From: Octopus bimaculoides
Taxonomy: Eukaryota
DNA length: 36,705 nucleotides
Direction: 5' to 3'
NCBI RefSeq assembly: GCF_001194135.2
Contig: NC_068984.1
Coordinates: 36,702,623-36,739,327, forward strand
Every line of letters begins with the position of its first letter. Positions within the stretch are counted from its first letter, which is position 1. The notes below the pieces were generated by a model that had not been told where the DNA came from, did no database searches, and worked only from the letters and a program-made list of their open reading frames with translations. The position numbers and the translations under genes were made by a program. This document shows, piece by piece, positions 24,206 to 36,705 of the stretch.

Positions 24206-25079
24206 TATACCTCAGAATTCCTCAGCCAGTTGCACGTCAATTCAGTGACAGGCTATTAATTTTTCACACCAACTGAATCATAAATTCAAACGACGGAATC
24301 CACTGCTATAGGAAACACTCTATCCTTTAGATATGCTGATTAAAAAATTGGTATGATTCTACCAATATTATTGTTATCGAAAATTTTATATATTAATTAT
24401 TATTTCTCTGCGGTTTTTTTTTTGGGGGGGGGAAGTAATGTTTTTCACTCCATCACCAAGGTTTCTCAACTTTCGTATACACATCTACACGCAGAAGCGA
24501 TGACTGCTTCTTCGCCAATTGTGATTTGCTGAAAGATTACACCTAAATTTCAGGTAAATTTCAGACTGTTAGACTTTATGTATTACCAGTCAGAAGTATA
24601 CATTTTTTTTTTGTTAGTAATGTATGGTGTGTGTGTTTGTAGTTACTTTGAAATAATATTGTATACTTAGGAATTGATTCAAACATTACTCATTCATTTT
24701 GCGGCGCTAACTAATGGTTTTGATTTCATATGAAGTTTTCTTCTGTGCTGTGTAATATATTGCAACTCGTCTCAGTTACATGTGCCCAGTGACTCGGTGG
24801 GGGACTGTCGTTTTTCTATGAACTATGTGACATTAAAGTCGTAAACTTTACAACTTTCAGAACAGTAAGTCAAAATTATTTCACAAGTTGTCAGTAATGA
24901 ATACTGAAATTTTCAATTTTTGCTTATTTTATACTATTTGTGGACAGTGAAAGGGTATTTCTTTTATTTTTGTTTTTGTTTATCCTTATATTTTAAGTTC
25001 TCTACTGTTTCTGCCGATGTTAGTTTGGTAAACACATGCACGCACACACACTCTCTCTCTCTTTCTCTCGCACACACAC

Positions 25080-25135
25080 ATATATTTTATGTATGTCCAC
25101 GTGTAAATATATATATATATATATATATATAATGC

Positions 25136-25201
<66 letters not shown>

Positions 25202-25270
25202 ATGTATATATATCAGGCAGATATATAAACACACATGTATGTACATATATGTGTGTATGTGTGTGCCCGT
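25080..25270. repeat. (TA)n / (TG)n microsatellite
   Basis: Direct reading. Confidence 0.9.
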
Positions 25271-25560
25271 ATGCAATATTATTTCCTATAAACATACGTC
25301 GTATAAACACAATAAACATTCGCTGCTTTCGTACTGAACATAAATGCATAACTCTCATAGATAAAAAAAAAAAACTATGATTGTTTTTGTTTGAAACTTT
25401 CGTCTGTGTTTATGCTTGTCATAAAGTCTGTTTATTGCCAAAACGTTTAAATTATTAGAGAACAGCAGCAGTCACAAAATTAAGGAAGATCATGAATGTT
25501 TTTGGACAGACATCTGCTTCCGATTACAATACTAGATAATACGTTTCACTGAACATTTTG

Positions 25561-26445
25561 ATATCGGTTTCAAATTTTGGCACAAGGTCAGAAATTTCGG
25601 GGAAGGGATATGTCGATTATATCGACCCCATTCCTCGACTGGTAGTTATTTTATCGACCTCGAGAGTATGAAAGGCCAAGTCGACCTGGGAGGCATCTGA
25701 ACTCAGAAGTTAAAGAGGCAAGAAATGCTGCTAAGCATTTTTCCGTCACTCTAACGATTCTGCTAGCTCGCAGCCTTACTGGAAATGTTGATATTGATTG
25801 CAAACTTTGGTGCAAGGCCAGAAATTTTGAGAAGGGTGCAGGTCGATTAGATCGACCCGGAAGTTCAACTGCTATTTATTTTATCGAGTCCGAAATGATG
25901 AAATGTGAAGTAGACCTCGACAGGATTTTAACTCAAAATGTGAAAACGGATGGAATGCCGCTAAGCATTTTTCCGGTACTCTAAATGATTCTGCCAGCTC
26001 AGCGCCTACTGATATTTTTCATATTGGTTTCAAATTTTGGCGCACAGTTAGAAACTTCGACGAGAGTTCAATTACATCGACCCCAGTGTGGAACTCGTAT
26101 TTATTCTATTGATGTCGTTAGGATGAAACTAAAGTCGACCTCAACGGATTATGAACTCAGTGTGAGAACGGACATAATGCCGCTAAGAATTTTGTCCGGT
26201 GTGCTAACGATTCTACCAGCTTTGAACTTTTTGATACTGATTTCAAATTTTGGCACAAGACCAGTATGTTTGCCTGAGGGAGTACGTTGATTACATCGAA
26301 CCCACTGCTCAGCTGGTTCTTATCTTATCAACCCGAAAGGAAGAAGTATAAAGTCGATTTCGGCGGAATTTGAACCCATAACACGAGGATGGACGTAATA
26401 CCGCTAATCATTCGGCCCGGCGTGCTAACGATTCTGCCAGCTGAC
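25561..26445 (-). mobile_element. Four head-to-tail SINE family 1 copies (starting at about 25561, 25791, 26021, 26234)
   Basis: Each unit repeats caaa(t/c)tttgg, (a)tcgac/cgaac, gaactca-like and acgattct(g/a)c(c/t)agct blocks. Confidence 0.85.
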
Positions 26446-26468
26446 TTTTTAATATTTAAATCTTTTAG

Positions 26469-26673
26469 AAGGCGGCGAGTTGGCAGACTACTTAACGAAC
26501 CAAGATAAATGATTAGCGGCATTTCGTCCGTCTTTATATTCGGTGTTCAAATTGCGCTGAGTTCGACTTTGCCTTTCATACTTAAGTTGATAAATACCAC
26601 GTCAACAATGGAGTCGATATAATCTACTAGTCGCCTCCCCCAAAATTTCAGCCTTATGCCTTTAGTAGAAAGG
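26469..26673 (+). mobile_element. SINE family 1 copy, head-to-head with the tandem array, running into (ATT)n
   Basis: aaggcggcgagttggcaga..gttcaaatt..cgactttgcctttcat..gtagaaagg then (ATT)n at 26674-26739. Confidence 0.85.
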
Positions 26674-28596
<1,923 letters not shown>

Positions 28597-28598
28597 TA

Positions 28599-29750
28599 CA
28601 GGTTGCGACGGGTATTTGAGATCAGGTTTTATAATTTAGTAAAACAACTGAAATTTAGCACAAAAACTGAAAATATTTCCACGATATATGTTTATGTTCA
28701 TAATAAACATTCTTCTAAGATCATTCTAAATTTCTACCTTCTTCTTTGATGACTATTACTGTGTGGGGCAAGAATTTTTGATCTGCCTTCCGTAAACGAT
28801 CCTTACACATTTCAAACATCACCAATACAATGTTGGGATTCAGCGAAGTTATGGTATTTGTGGATGTCGATTAGTCTTCCTCTCACCAATGCTCCAATTA
28901 TAGTTGCAGATGGCATTTAAATCTGGCGTGTTTCTGTGTTTCAAGTTTAGCATTACATGATCGTAAAGGCTGGGTTACATCATTCTTGGGCTACATAGGG
29001 TCTGTGAGAAATGTCGGAGCCTTGGTGAAATATGTATGCTTACTTCATCAACTCAGGGCTTAATAAATTTCTGCAGTACTCTAGCGTACCCTGTAGCATT
29101 AATTCTGAAACGCTTGAAAAGATAAGAAGAATCATGACAGGACTTCCCTTACCTCTCCTAAACCCATCACAGTTGCCTCATTCCCAGAACACCAGAAGTT
29201 TCTGTACATAACCTTCTGTCGTTTTACCTTTTACTTTTTAGGTCTTGGTCGAAGTTTTTCTCATTAGAGAAGACCCAAAGCATATCATGGTCATAAGGAT
29301 TATAACCTTTGCTAAGTATCTACTCCGCACGGATCAAACGGTTTTCCTGTATCTCAGCAAATCATACGTTCTCCTCAGAACATACGACTTGTATCGAATT
29401 CCTCGGGCAACACAGTTCTGATAATCCACTCCCACACAAATTTCTTTAGTTATGGCCCTTGTTGGTTGTTTCTCATCCGTAATGTTTATAATATTTTGGC
29501 TGAACTGCAATATCCTTATAGTGTCGGAAACTTTAAAATGATTGTTTTTCTCTTCGATACATTACCACCAGTTGCGCCTTGTTTCCGTCCAATCTCTGTG
29601 TACAAAATATCTTGAAACATTTATAAAGTTAGCAATTTAGAAAATTAGTAAATCACTGGATTCCGAACATACGACAACAATGACAGCATGTCTTTTCATT
29701 TCTAGTGTTAGAATTTTATTTGGAATGAGGAATGGATGCGAGCCTGTGTA
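28599..29750 (-). mobile_element. Old, heavily decayed DD37D (maT-type) transposon, third subfamily
   Basis: TA plus caggttgcgacgggta terminus at 28597. Start MKRHAVIVVVCSESSDLLIF (ATG at 29699) is similar to MKRYVVIVVIKAKNSDLEIS of the 888-2083 copy. C-terminus DRLRKADQKFLPHTVIVIKEEGRNLE*. The second TIR was not identified. Confidence 0.7.
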
Positions 29751-29948
29751 TTTCTCAAATGTGTTGAATGCCGAAAGTAAGCGCTCCGCTAATCCTATCT
29801 CTGAGGCCTTATTTCTTATACCAAGTGTTATAAATTTCATGTACATATTGTACAAATACTTGTAAAGTAACTAGAAAATTGCGACCACCCATTTTTTTCC
29901 ACAATATGTTGAGTTTGCTATACGGGATGAAATTGAAATTGTTATTAG

Positions 29949-30008
29949 GCTAGTGGAATTGATAAGATTCAGTAGTCTTGTTATGCCGAGAGTAAATCAC
30001 TGTTGGAG
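29949..30008 (+). CDS. Candidate 60-nt phase 2-2 exon (xLVELIRFSSLVMPRVNHCWx)
   Basis: ttattag| acceptor, GAG|GTATGA donor, single open frame. Confidence 0.15.
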
Positions 30009-30311
30009 GTATGAGATTAGTGTAGAGTATAACTCTTGTTCGACTTGACGTGTTCTGTTGTTTGATTGAAATAAATGATAATCTGATACAGATAACATAA
30101 ATACAACCAAACTTCGAATACGATATTGTCTCCAAATAAAACGAAGTTGTTACATTTTTTTAGAACACACTTCCGGGATATGCACGATTATAACTTAAGA
30201 CATAATAGTGTGTTTACCTACTGAACAGTGACAGTTGGTGTTATCTCTAACATTGTAGCACAGTGTTGTTTTATATAGCACGTTTGGAAACTTGAATTAT
30301 AAATCAATTTA

Positions 30312-30354
<43 letters not shown>

Positions 30355-30427
30355 CTTCTTTAGATGAATGCTAATTAAACAACTGATGATGGTAATACAG
30401 TAACAATCAAATATTTCCCCGTTTCAG

Positions 30428-30482
30428 AACTATTGTGCTTTCTATTTAGTCTTTTCTTTCATTCTTTCAAATCTTTCAAAGG
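30428..30482 (+). CDS. Candidate 55-nt exon (hydrophobic in either open frame)
   Basis: Acceptor atttccccgtttcag| and donor AGG|GTAAGC. The product is unknown and the exon could be non-coding. Confidence 0.2.
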
Positions 30483-32479
30483 GTAAGCGTAAATATTTTC
30501 ATGAATTCATTTGTCACTGTTTCCAGGAGCTCTACGTTGATTTCTCTTTCTTTTTCTAGACAACGTTTCAGATTAAACAAAATTACTATTAAAACAAATG
30601 TATTGTTGAAATAAATGGAAATATTATATATTTATAACTTTTGTTAATAATGTCCCCAACATTTCATGTAAGATGTAGAAAATAGTTCAATTGATAGACT
30701 ATATGATCAAAATGACGTGGGAAGCCACCTATGTATGCAAAATACGATGTATCAATGAAATTTCTTCTAAAAATCAACCTCACAAAAATGTATAAAATAT
30801 AGTCTCAACAAGGATGGCTACAGTAGTTTTAAACACGAATAAAAGAAAAAGGAGAATAAAGAAAGTTCTGGGAGCCTTTGTTTCTCCGATACCAACTAAG
30901 TGTAATTAATTACACAAGCATTCCAAAACTCTAACGAAAGAAATCCGAGAAAACAAATATTTACATCTATACAGACAATACAACAGCAGTATATTATTTT
31001 TATGCTTACTCTAAATAAATAAATAAATAAATAATATCTTAACCATTGCATTTGATCCTTAATGAAATTATAATTTTAGATGTTTTACTTAATTTTGATA
31101 CTGATGAAAATGTGTGTTTTTCTTTTCATTTTCCCAGGAAACAAAAACTGACGTAATCATCATTCAAGGTTATTTTCAACTTAACCTTGTATTTGCAAGC
31201 TTAATTTAAAATTATTTGGAAAGGAAACATTGTTTATTGATTATTTTCTTATACGAAATCTTTCAACTCTGTCTCTGCGTCTTGAAATTTAAAACAGTGT
31301 ATTTGAATTTTACTATATTATATAGGATTAAATTTGCTGTTATGTTACTCTGGAGTTTCTCAGTTAGCCAGAAGTTCAAACATTTTCTACATCGTAGTTT
31401 ACATAACTGAGTTGTGAGCTGAATATTTAGAATAATTTTGAATCTCTAATATGTCTATTCACTTTGGAAAATAATGCAGTTAATAGAGAGGGGAATAACT
31501 GACTCCTTCCACCCCATCACTTTGTAGCCTTGTTGCTAATTAAGATATTAATATGCGTTTATTTTAGATTTTTTGGTTTAAATTATTTGGTTTTATTTAT
31601 TGACATGTTTGCTCTTCCAAAACACTTGTTGTATAAAACATTGAGAAGGTTTGTTTATTACCAAATTTAATGCTTTATTTAACAATTATAAAGGCAGGAT
31701 ACAATTTCTCGCAAAAAAATAATTATTGGTAACATTCACAAAACAAAAATCATGAATAATGCTTAAAATGAAACCGTTATAATTTGGAGAAGGAAGCAAA
31801 TATAACCATTATTCCTTCCCTGATCTTAGTCACTATGGCTGATATCTAATATCATAGAATAAACTAATTATTAACCATATTACCGCATAAAAATATAGCT
31901 ATTTTTTATACTCTTTTTTTTGCCATATGTATTTTTAAAGCGTTGCCCTATCTTCCCTGATTTTCTTTCAAATTTGATAGTTCACAACATAAAATTACTT
32001 GAATAGTATTAGCTATTCCTCCTTTGTGCCATCAATGAATGCATGTTATTTTGGTTTCTTTAGCAAAATTTGCAAATGGAAACAACTAACTACTCATAGT
32101 TGATTGCTCGGGGTATAGGAAAGTTATTTAACTGTAAAATGACATGTTCCAACTCTTAATTTCCAAATATGCATATTCGTAAACGTTGGCCTACCCATTG
32201 ACAAATGCAAGTTTATGCGTAAAAGGGTATAGTGTTGTAAGGGGTTCCTTAACACACTTCATTAGATGAAATTATGTTCAAAATGCGAAATGGTATGTGG
32301 CGTTGGATACATTTTCTATTATACACACTTGAGTGACGTCGAATACAAGCCTTGAGCGTCAAATAAATGCCCTGCAACAATTGCTCCGGCACTTTACCCT
32401 ATGAGTTCTAATTTCGGTAGGGTCCGCTTGTCTCACTAATGTCAGAGTTTGATAACGTTTAAATCACGTCCTAGAACCG

Positions 32480-32795
32480 ATTCTTCTTTCTCTTTTTACC
32501 TAGCTCTCTCTCCCTCTCTATTTCTCTCTTTCTCTTTAACTCTTACTCTCTTTCTCGATTTCTAGCTCTTTCGCCTTGTCTCTGTTTCTCTCTCCACTGG
32601 TCTGTCAGTCTCGCTCTCCCTCTTTCTCCTTCTCTCTCTCCCTCTCTTTCCCACAGAATCACGATAATCATCGTGTAAGAATTGTTAGGCACTACGCAGA
32701 GAGTATCTCACATTTTTTTTGTGAGTGTGTGTGTCTGTGCGTGCATGTGTGTGTGTGTGTGTTCTGTGTGTGTGTATGTTTGTGTCTGTGTGTCA
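32480..32795. repeat. Degenerate (CT)n and (GT)n low-complexity tracts
   Basis: Direct reading. Confidence 0.8.
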
Positions 32796-34184
32796 CACTA
32801 CAACGATAGTTTAAGGACACTAGAGATGGTCCGATGTACACAAATCGAATGCTCAACGGTAAGGAACATTTTAAAAAGAAGATTATACGTCCCGTGTATG
32901 ACGATTCATTTAAACCACACAAATTTTATGCAAACAAATTCAAGTGCTTCATATCTTTTATGACCTACTGACTTCAAGATGGAAATACTTTAATATAATT
33001 AAAGATAGAACGTGTTTGTGATATTAAAGAGTGAAACATATGCATTCAAATTATTTGTTTATAATTTTTAATGTATCCAGAAGAATAATTTCCATCTAAG
33101 TGTCATGTTTATATTTGAATAATTTCATGACTATTTTGAATCAATATGTTGAGTTGTATACAGACCAATTGTAAATTACTCATTTCTTAGTTGCCTTTGG
33201 CTTGATTTATATTTTTGTTTCCTCTGAATTTGTTTTGATAACTCTGGGTAGTGAAAATTTCTCTCCTATATTAACATTGATTACTCTGGGAAACATTGAT
33301 GAATGTTCAAGCAGAATGTTCAACTAACTGTATGTTTCTAAGACTTTTATTTCAGGAATGTTAATTGTTTAAGGCCCCTACCCAGTTTGCGCTCCCTTTG
33401 ATGCTAAGAATAATCGTGACACATTACGGCTTGGATTAAAATCCAGAATATTATAAAATAATCGTGAGATGAATTTCAGTGAAATTGCAAGCTACAGGAA
33501 CAGGTAAATTGCATACTGCTGCCTCTTGCTTGGAGCTTTTCTTTAGATTATAATACTATTTAAATAGTGGAATGTACGATAAACCATAATTTAAATATCC
33601 CATTCCTACGTACGTTTCAAGATTGCAGTTATTCCGAATATAAGTCACTGACCGTTAGCTTTGTTCAGTGCTACACTACACTGCAAATTTATGACATCTC
33701 ATATTTTACTAACGCTACCACTTATTTTATTGATTAAACAATGACTTAATAGTAGGCAATAGAAGTTGTATTTACGACAGAATACATGTATGTGAACTAG
33801 AGTTGTTAAGAAAGCAGCCGTCTGCGTCAAACTCAAACTTATCAGTCTAAAAAAGATGACACTGGGCAATGTGTCCAAGTCTGAGATAAATTACTCACAT
33901 AAAAAAAACATCATACGATGACCTGGCCTCAAGGGCTTTTGATTATAGGTCTGCTCAATTAGAGCTGACCAGTGGCTAAAAAAGAAAATATTTTGGCTTT
34001 CAGCAAAATTTAACTAAATATTTTTTTTTAATTCACTCATGCTTACAACTCGTTAAATTTAATACGTTACGATCACGTTTACTCCTACATAATTTTTTAC
34101 GATATTTCGGGCTCTAGTTTCTGTGCAGCCAGGTAATGTCGCTTGCTTTCACATCACATCAGTTGATTATAGTGGTACCGGTAG

Positions 34185-34500
34185 TACGTAGACAGAGTAT
34201 GGGTGAATGGATAAGAAATTCCCTTCGAATCAGAATATCTAGGATAGATAGCGTTGCCTCAGGTCATTTAAATCCTAACACGTAATTTGTCTGTTTCCGG
34301 AAATTGTGTGAAAGCCTATGGATAGGATTGTATCTATATTTCAAGGTACATCCTTGTCAAACAGTGAGTCATCCTGGTTCTACCAGAGAATTAGACGTTT
34401 TTTTTCGAATACTCAGACACATATGCTAACAAATTGAGCAGGTGCTTCTGCTGGTTTAACAACTGAACCTACCCCGTGAACACCGACGAAGCTTTGGTAA
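34185..34500 (+). mobile_element. Very decayed SINE family 2-like copy
   Basis: gtagacagagtatgggtgaatggataagaaatt head, plus blocks weakly resembling the family 2 body and tail. Confidence 0.35.
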
Positions 34501-36705
34501 TAAACTGCATCCATTGTATGAGCTGCACATTGCTTAAAAGGTAAGGTTTTGCAACCATCAAAAACTATATAAATAAATCGAATGAAAATTTAGAAACCAT
34601 AAAACAACCATGTTGTTATCCTTAGATTCTTCCAATTATATAGTGAAGTCATATCATCCAGAGGTCTACTTTAAATTTTATCACATCATGTTCAATGAAT
34701 AAAATATCAGTAATACACTGAGTTTTATTTCTTTGATTGCTCTGTTATAAAATATTTGTTCTGTATTGATGTAAGAAATCAATACAAATATTGTTCGATC
34801 GCTTAACGAAATCAATATTTGTAAAGAAATCAGTATTTGTATTAAGCAATCAATATTTTTATAAAGTTTGGGTTTCAAGCATTTTTCTTTATTGCTTTAA
34901 TATTTTTGTTGTAATGTTATTTTCTATGATCGTTTGTTATTTATTGATTCTCAATTTAAATAAGAATGTGTGTAAAAACAAATGAGTGGAAGACAGAATA
35001 CATTTAGTGTGCAAGCGAAACTTTGTGTATATTACCCATGCAACAGTGTTTACTAATAATATTGATTTTTCATGGAGGCACAAATCAAGAGATATTGAAG
35101 AGAGTTGAACATTAAATCAACCACTTACATAACAGGTACCTATTTTATCGCCCCAGTAATGCTGCATAACAAATGTTGGTTCCAGTGCTTGATAATTAAA
35201 CTAATTATAGGACAAGAAATATATATGTTACAAGGAAGTTGTAGTTGTTTGAGTAGAACTCTATTTATGATTCATATTATTTTATCCAACACAAGGATAC
35301 TATCGAAGTGACAGCGTTTGAAATGACCTACGTGATACTGTGTCCAAGTTCTACCGTGATTATGATCTTCTTTCCTGTCTTAACATTAGATATATTGAAA
35401 TAGTTGCTGTAGTATTGGCGATTGCATTAATATTTTAAAATATTTAGTTGTGGCAGTCTCCTACATGACGGATTCAAGTCCTGTCAAGGTGAACTTTGTT
35501 GTTTGTGCCTCAGAGAGTAAATCAAGTGAAAACCATACGTTTACAAAACGGTTAGTAAGCCTCCACTACCTTATTCATGCATATAATAAATATTCCTGAT
35601 AAGTAGAAGATATAACAGATTCAAGCAGCATTTCCTGAGGTGCAGAGATTCATAACAGGTGAGGTAATAATGAACATATGAAGCTAATATAAAATAACAT
35701 GAAATAATTTTAAGAAATGAAAACATCTAATTGCTAACTTAACAAGTTTAGAAACAAAGATAATCTGACCTATTTTTCAAAGGCTGCAGATGTATTTTGA
35801 TCTCGGTTTAATAGTGTGAGCATTCTCATCCAAATGTATTTCTTTAAATAATCTTCTCTTCATTCAGCGTTGCTTGCAAGTACCGGTAGACAACTCTTTA
35901 GCTTTTTATTTGACAAATTAAGAATATAACATGCACAGCACTACCAAACCATCCGTCGAACCTTCTATTCAAAAAGCATTGAGTGAGCCTCTTTTTATGT
36001 CAGAACATTTTTTTCACTTTGTGCCTATTGTTAAATCATCCAAACCTGTTTGGAGTCGTTAAGAACTATACAATGTTGGGGAGGCCAACCAAGTCCAAAA
36101 TATATCACCAGAGACCAAAAGATGGATTAGATGAACCTTGTTTTTTCATTATATTAATTCTATTTTGAGCTTCTAAATTTCGAAGTATTATCTAAGAAAG
36201 CAAAGAAATGCAGTTATACAGCTTTCCGAACTAACTTCCTCTTCACTATATGTGTATGAGTGTGAATGTATATGCGTGTGTGCTTTTATTGAAGAAGTAG
36301 TAAATTAAAGTAGCACAACTATTGATTATTTCAAAACATAACGATCCATTCTGAAGTCGAGTAGAAAAACAAGCGGGAAATCCATACATTTATACTGAGG
36401 ACAAATATGGAAATAACTAGGAAAAAAGAATAAACAAATGAATATCATTAAGATGAAAAGGTTTTAAGATATGTATAAATTTAGGAAAAGAACACTTCTT
36501 TCATAGTATATATATACAAGTAGTAGCGTGTGCGCGGGGGGGGAGCAGGTTTGTGTGTGCGTGGTGTGTGTGTGTGTTTGAACTTAAAATTAACTATAAA
36601 TTTTGATTTTAGTATGTGTAATGGGTGAAGTCCTCAGTAAATATTCTGTTATTTAAAATTACATTTAAAGTAATAACCTTAATTTAACACACAAATACAG
36701 ATACA

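Noticed and set aside
25985-26290. 101-aa ORF
   Set aside because: Lies wholly within tandem SINE copies
25561-26445. CRISPR-like or tRNA-array interpretation of the periodic repeats
   Set aside because: The units are about 220-bp diverged SINEs without unique spacers or cas genes, and no complete tRNA cloverleaf was found
35621-35660. IQAAFPEVQRFIT resembling SELENOF FPQVQAFV, with a good donor
   Set aside because: The acceptor context is purine-rich and the match is too short; no flanking SELENOF/M motifs were found

Overview
AT-rich eukaryotic genomic DNA with many microsatellites and several N gaps. The dispersed SINE-like repeats closely resemble those I know from Octopus genomes (inference from memory, not a database hit). 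The window is dominated by decayed mobile elements: three DD37D (maT-type) Tc1/mariner copies, a 128-bp MITE, a fold-back mariner made of two inverted 5' ends, an RTE-clade LINE 3' fragment, a Penelope-like RT/GIY-YIG relic plus Penelope-tail-like repeats, an R4/Dong-clade LINE embedded in (ATT)n, an unclassified ORF-bearing relic at 3.9-5.3 kb, and about 12 copies or fragments of two tRNA-derived SINE families. I could not recognise any intact host gene. Only isolated, low-confidence exon candidates are listed, and most ORFs in the supplied track are microsatellite or antisense artefacts. No rRNA, tRNA gene or CRISPR array was found. The most notable structures are an unexplained 227-bp near-perfect hairpin (20458-20684), a regularly spaced tandem SINE array ending in an inverted copy, and several rearranged transposons.
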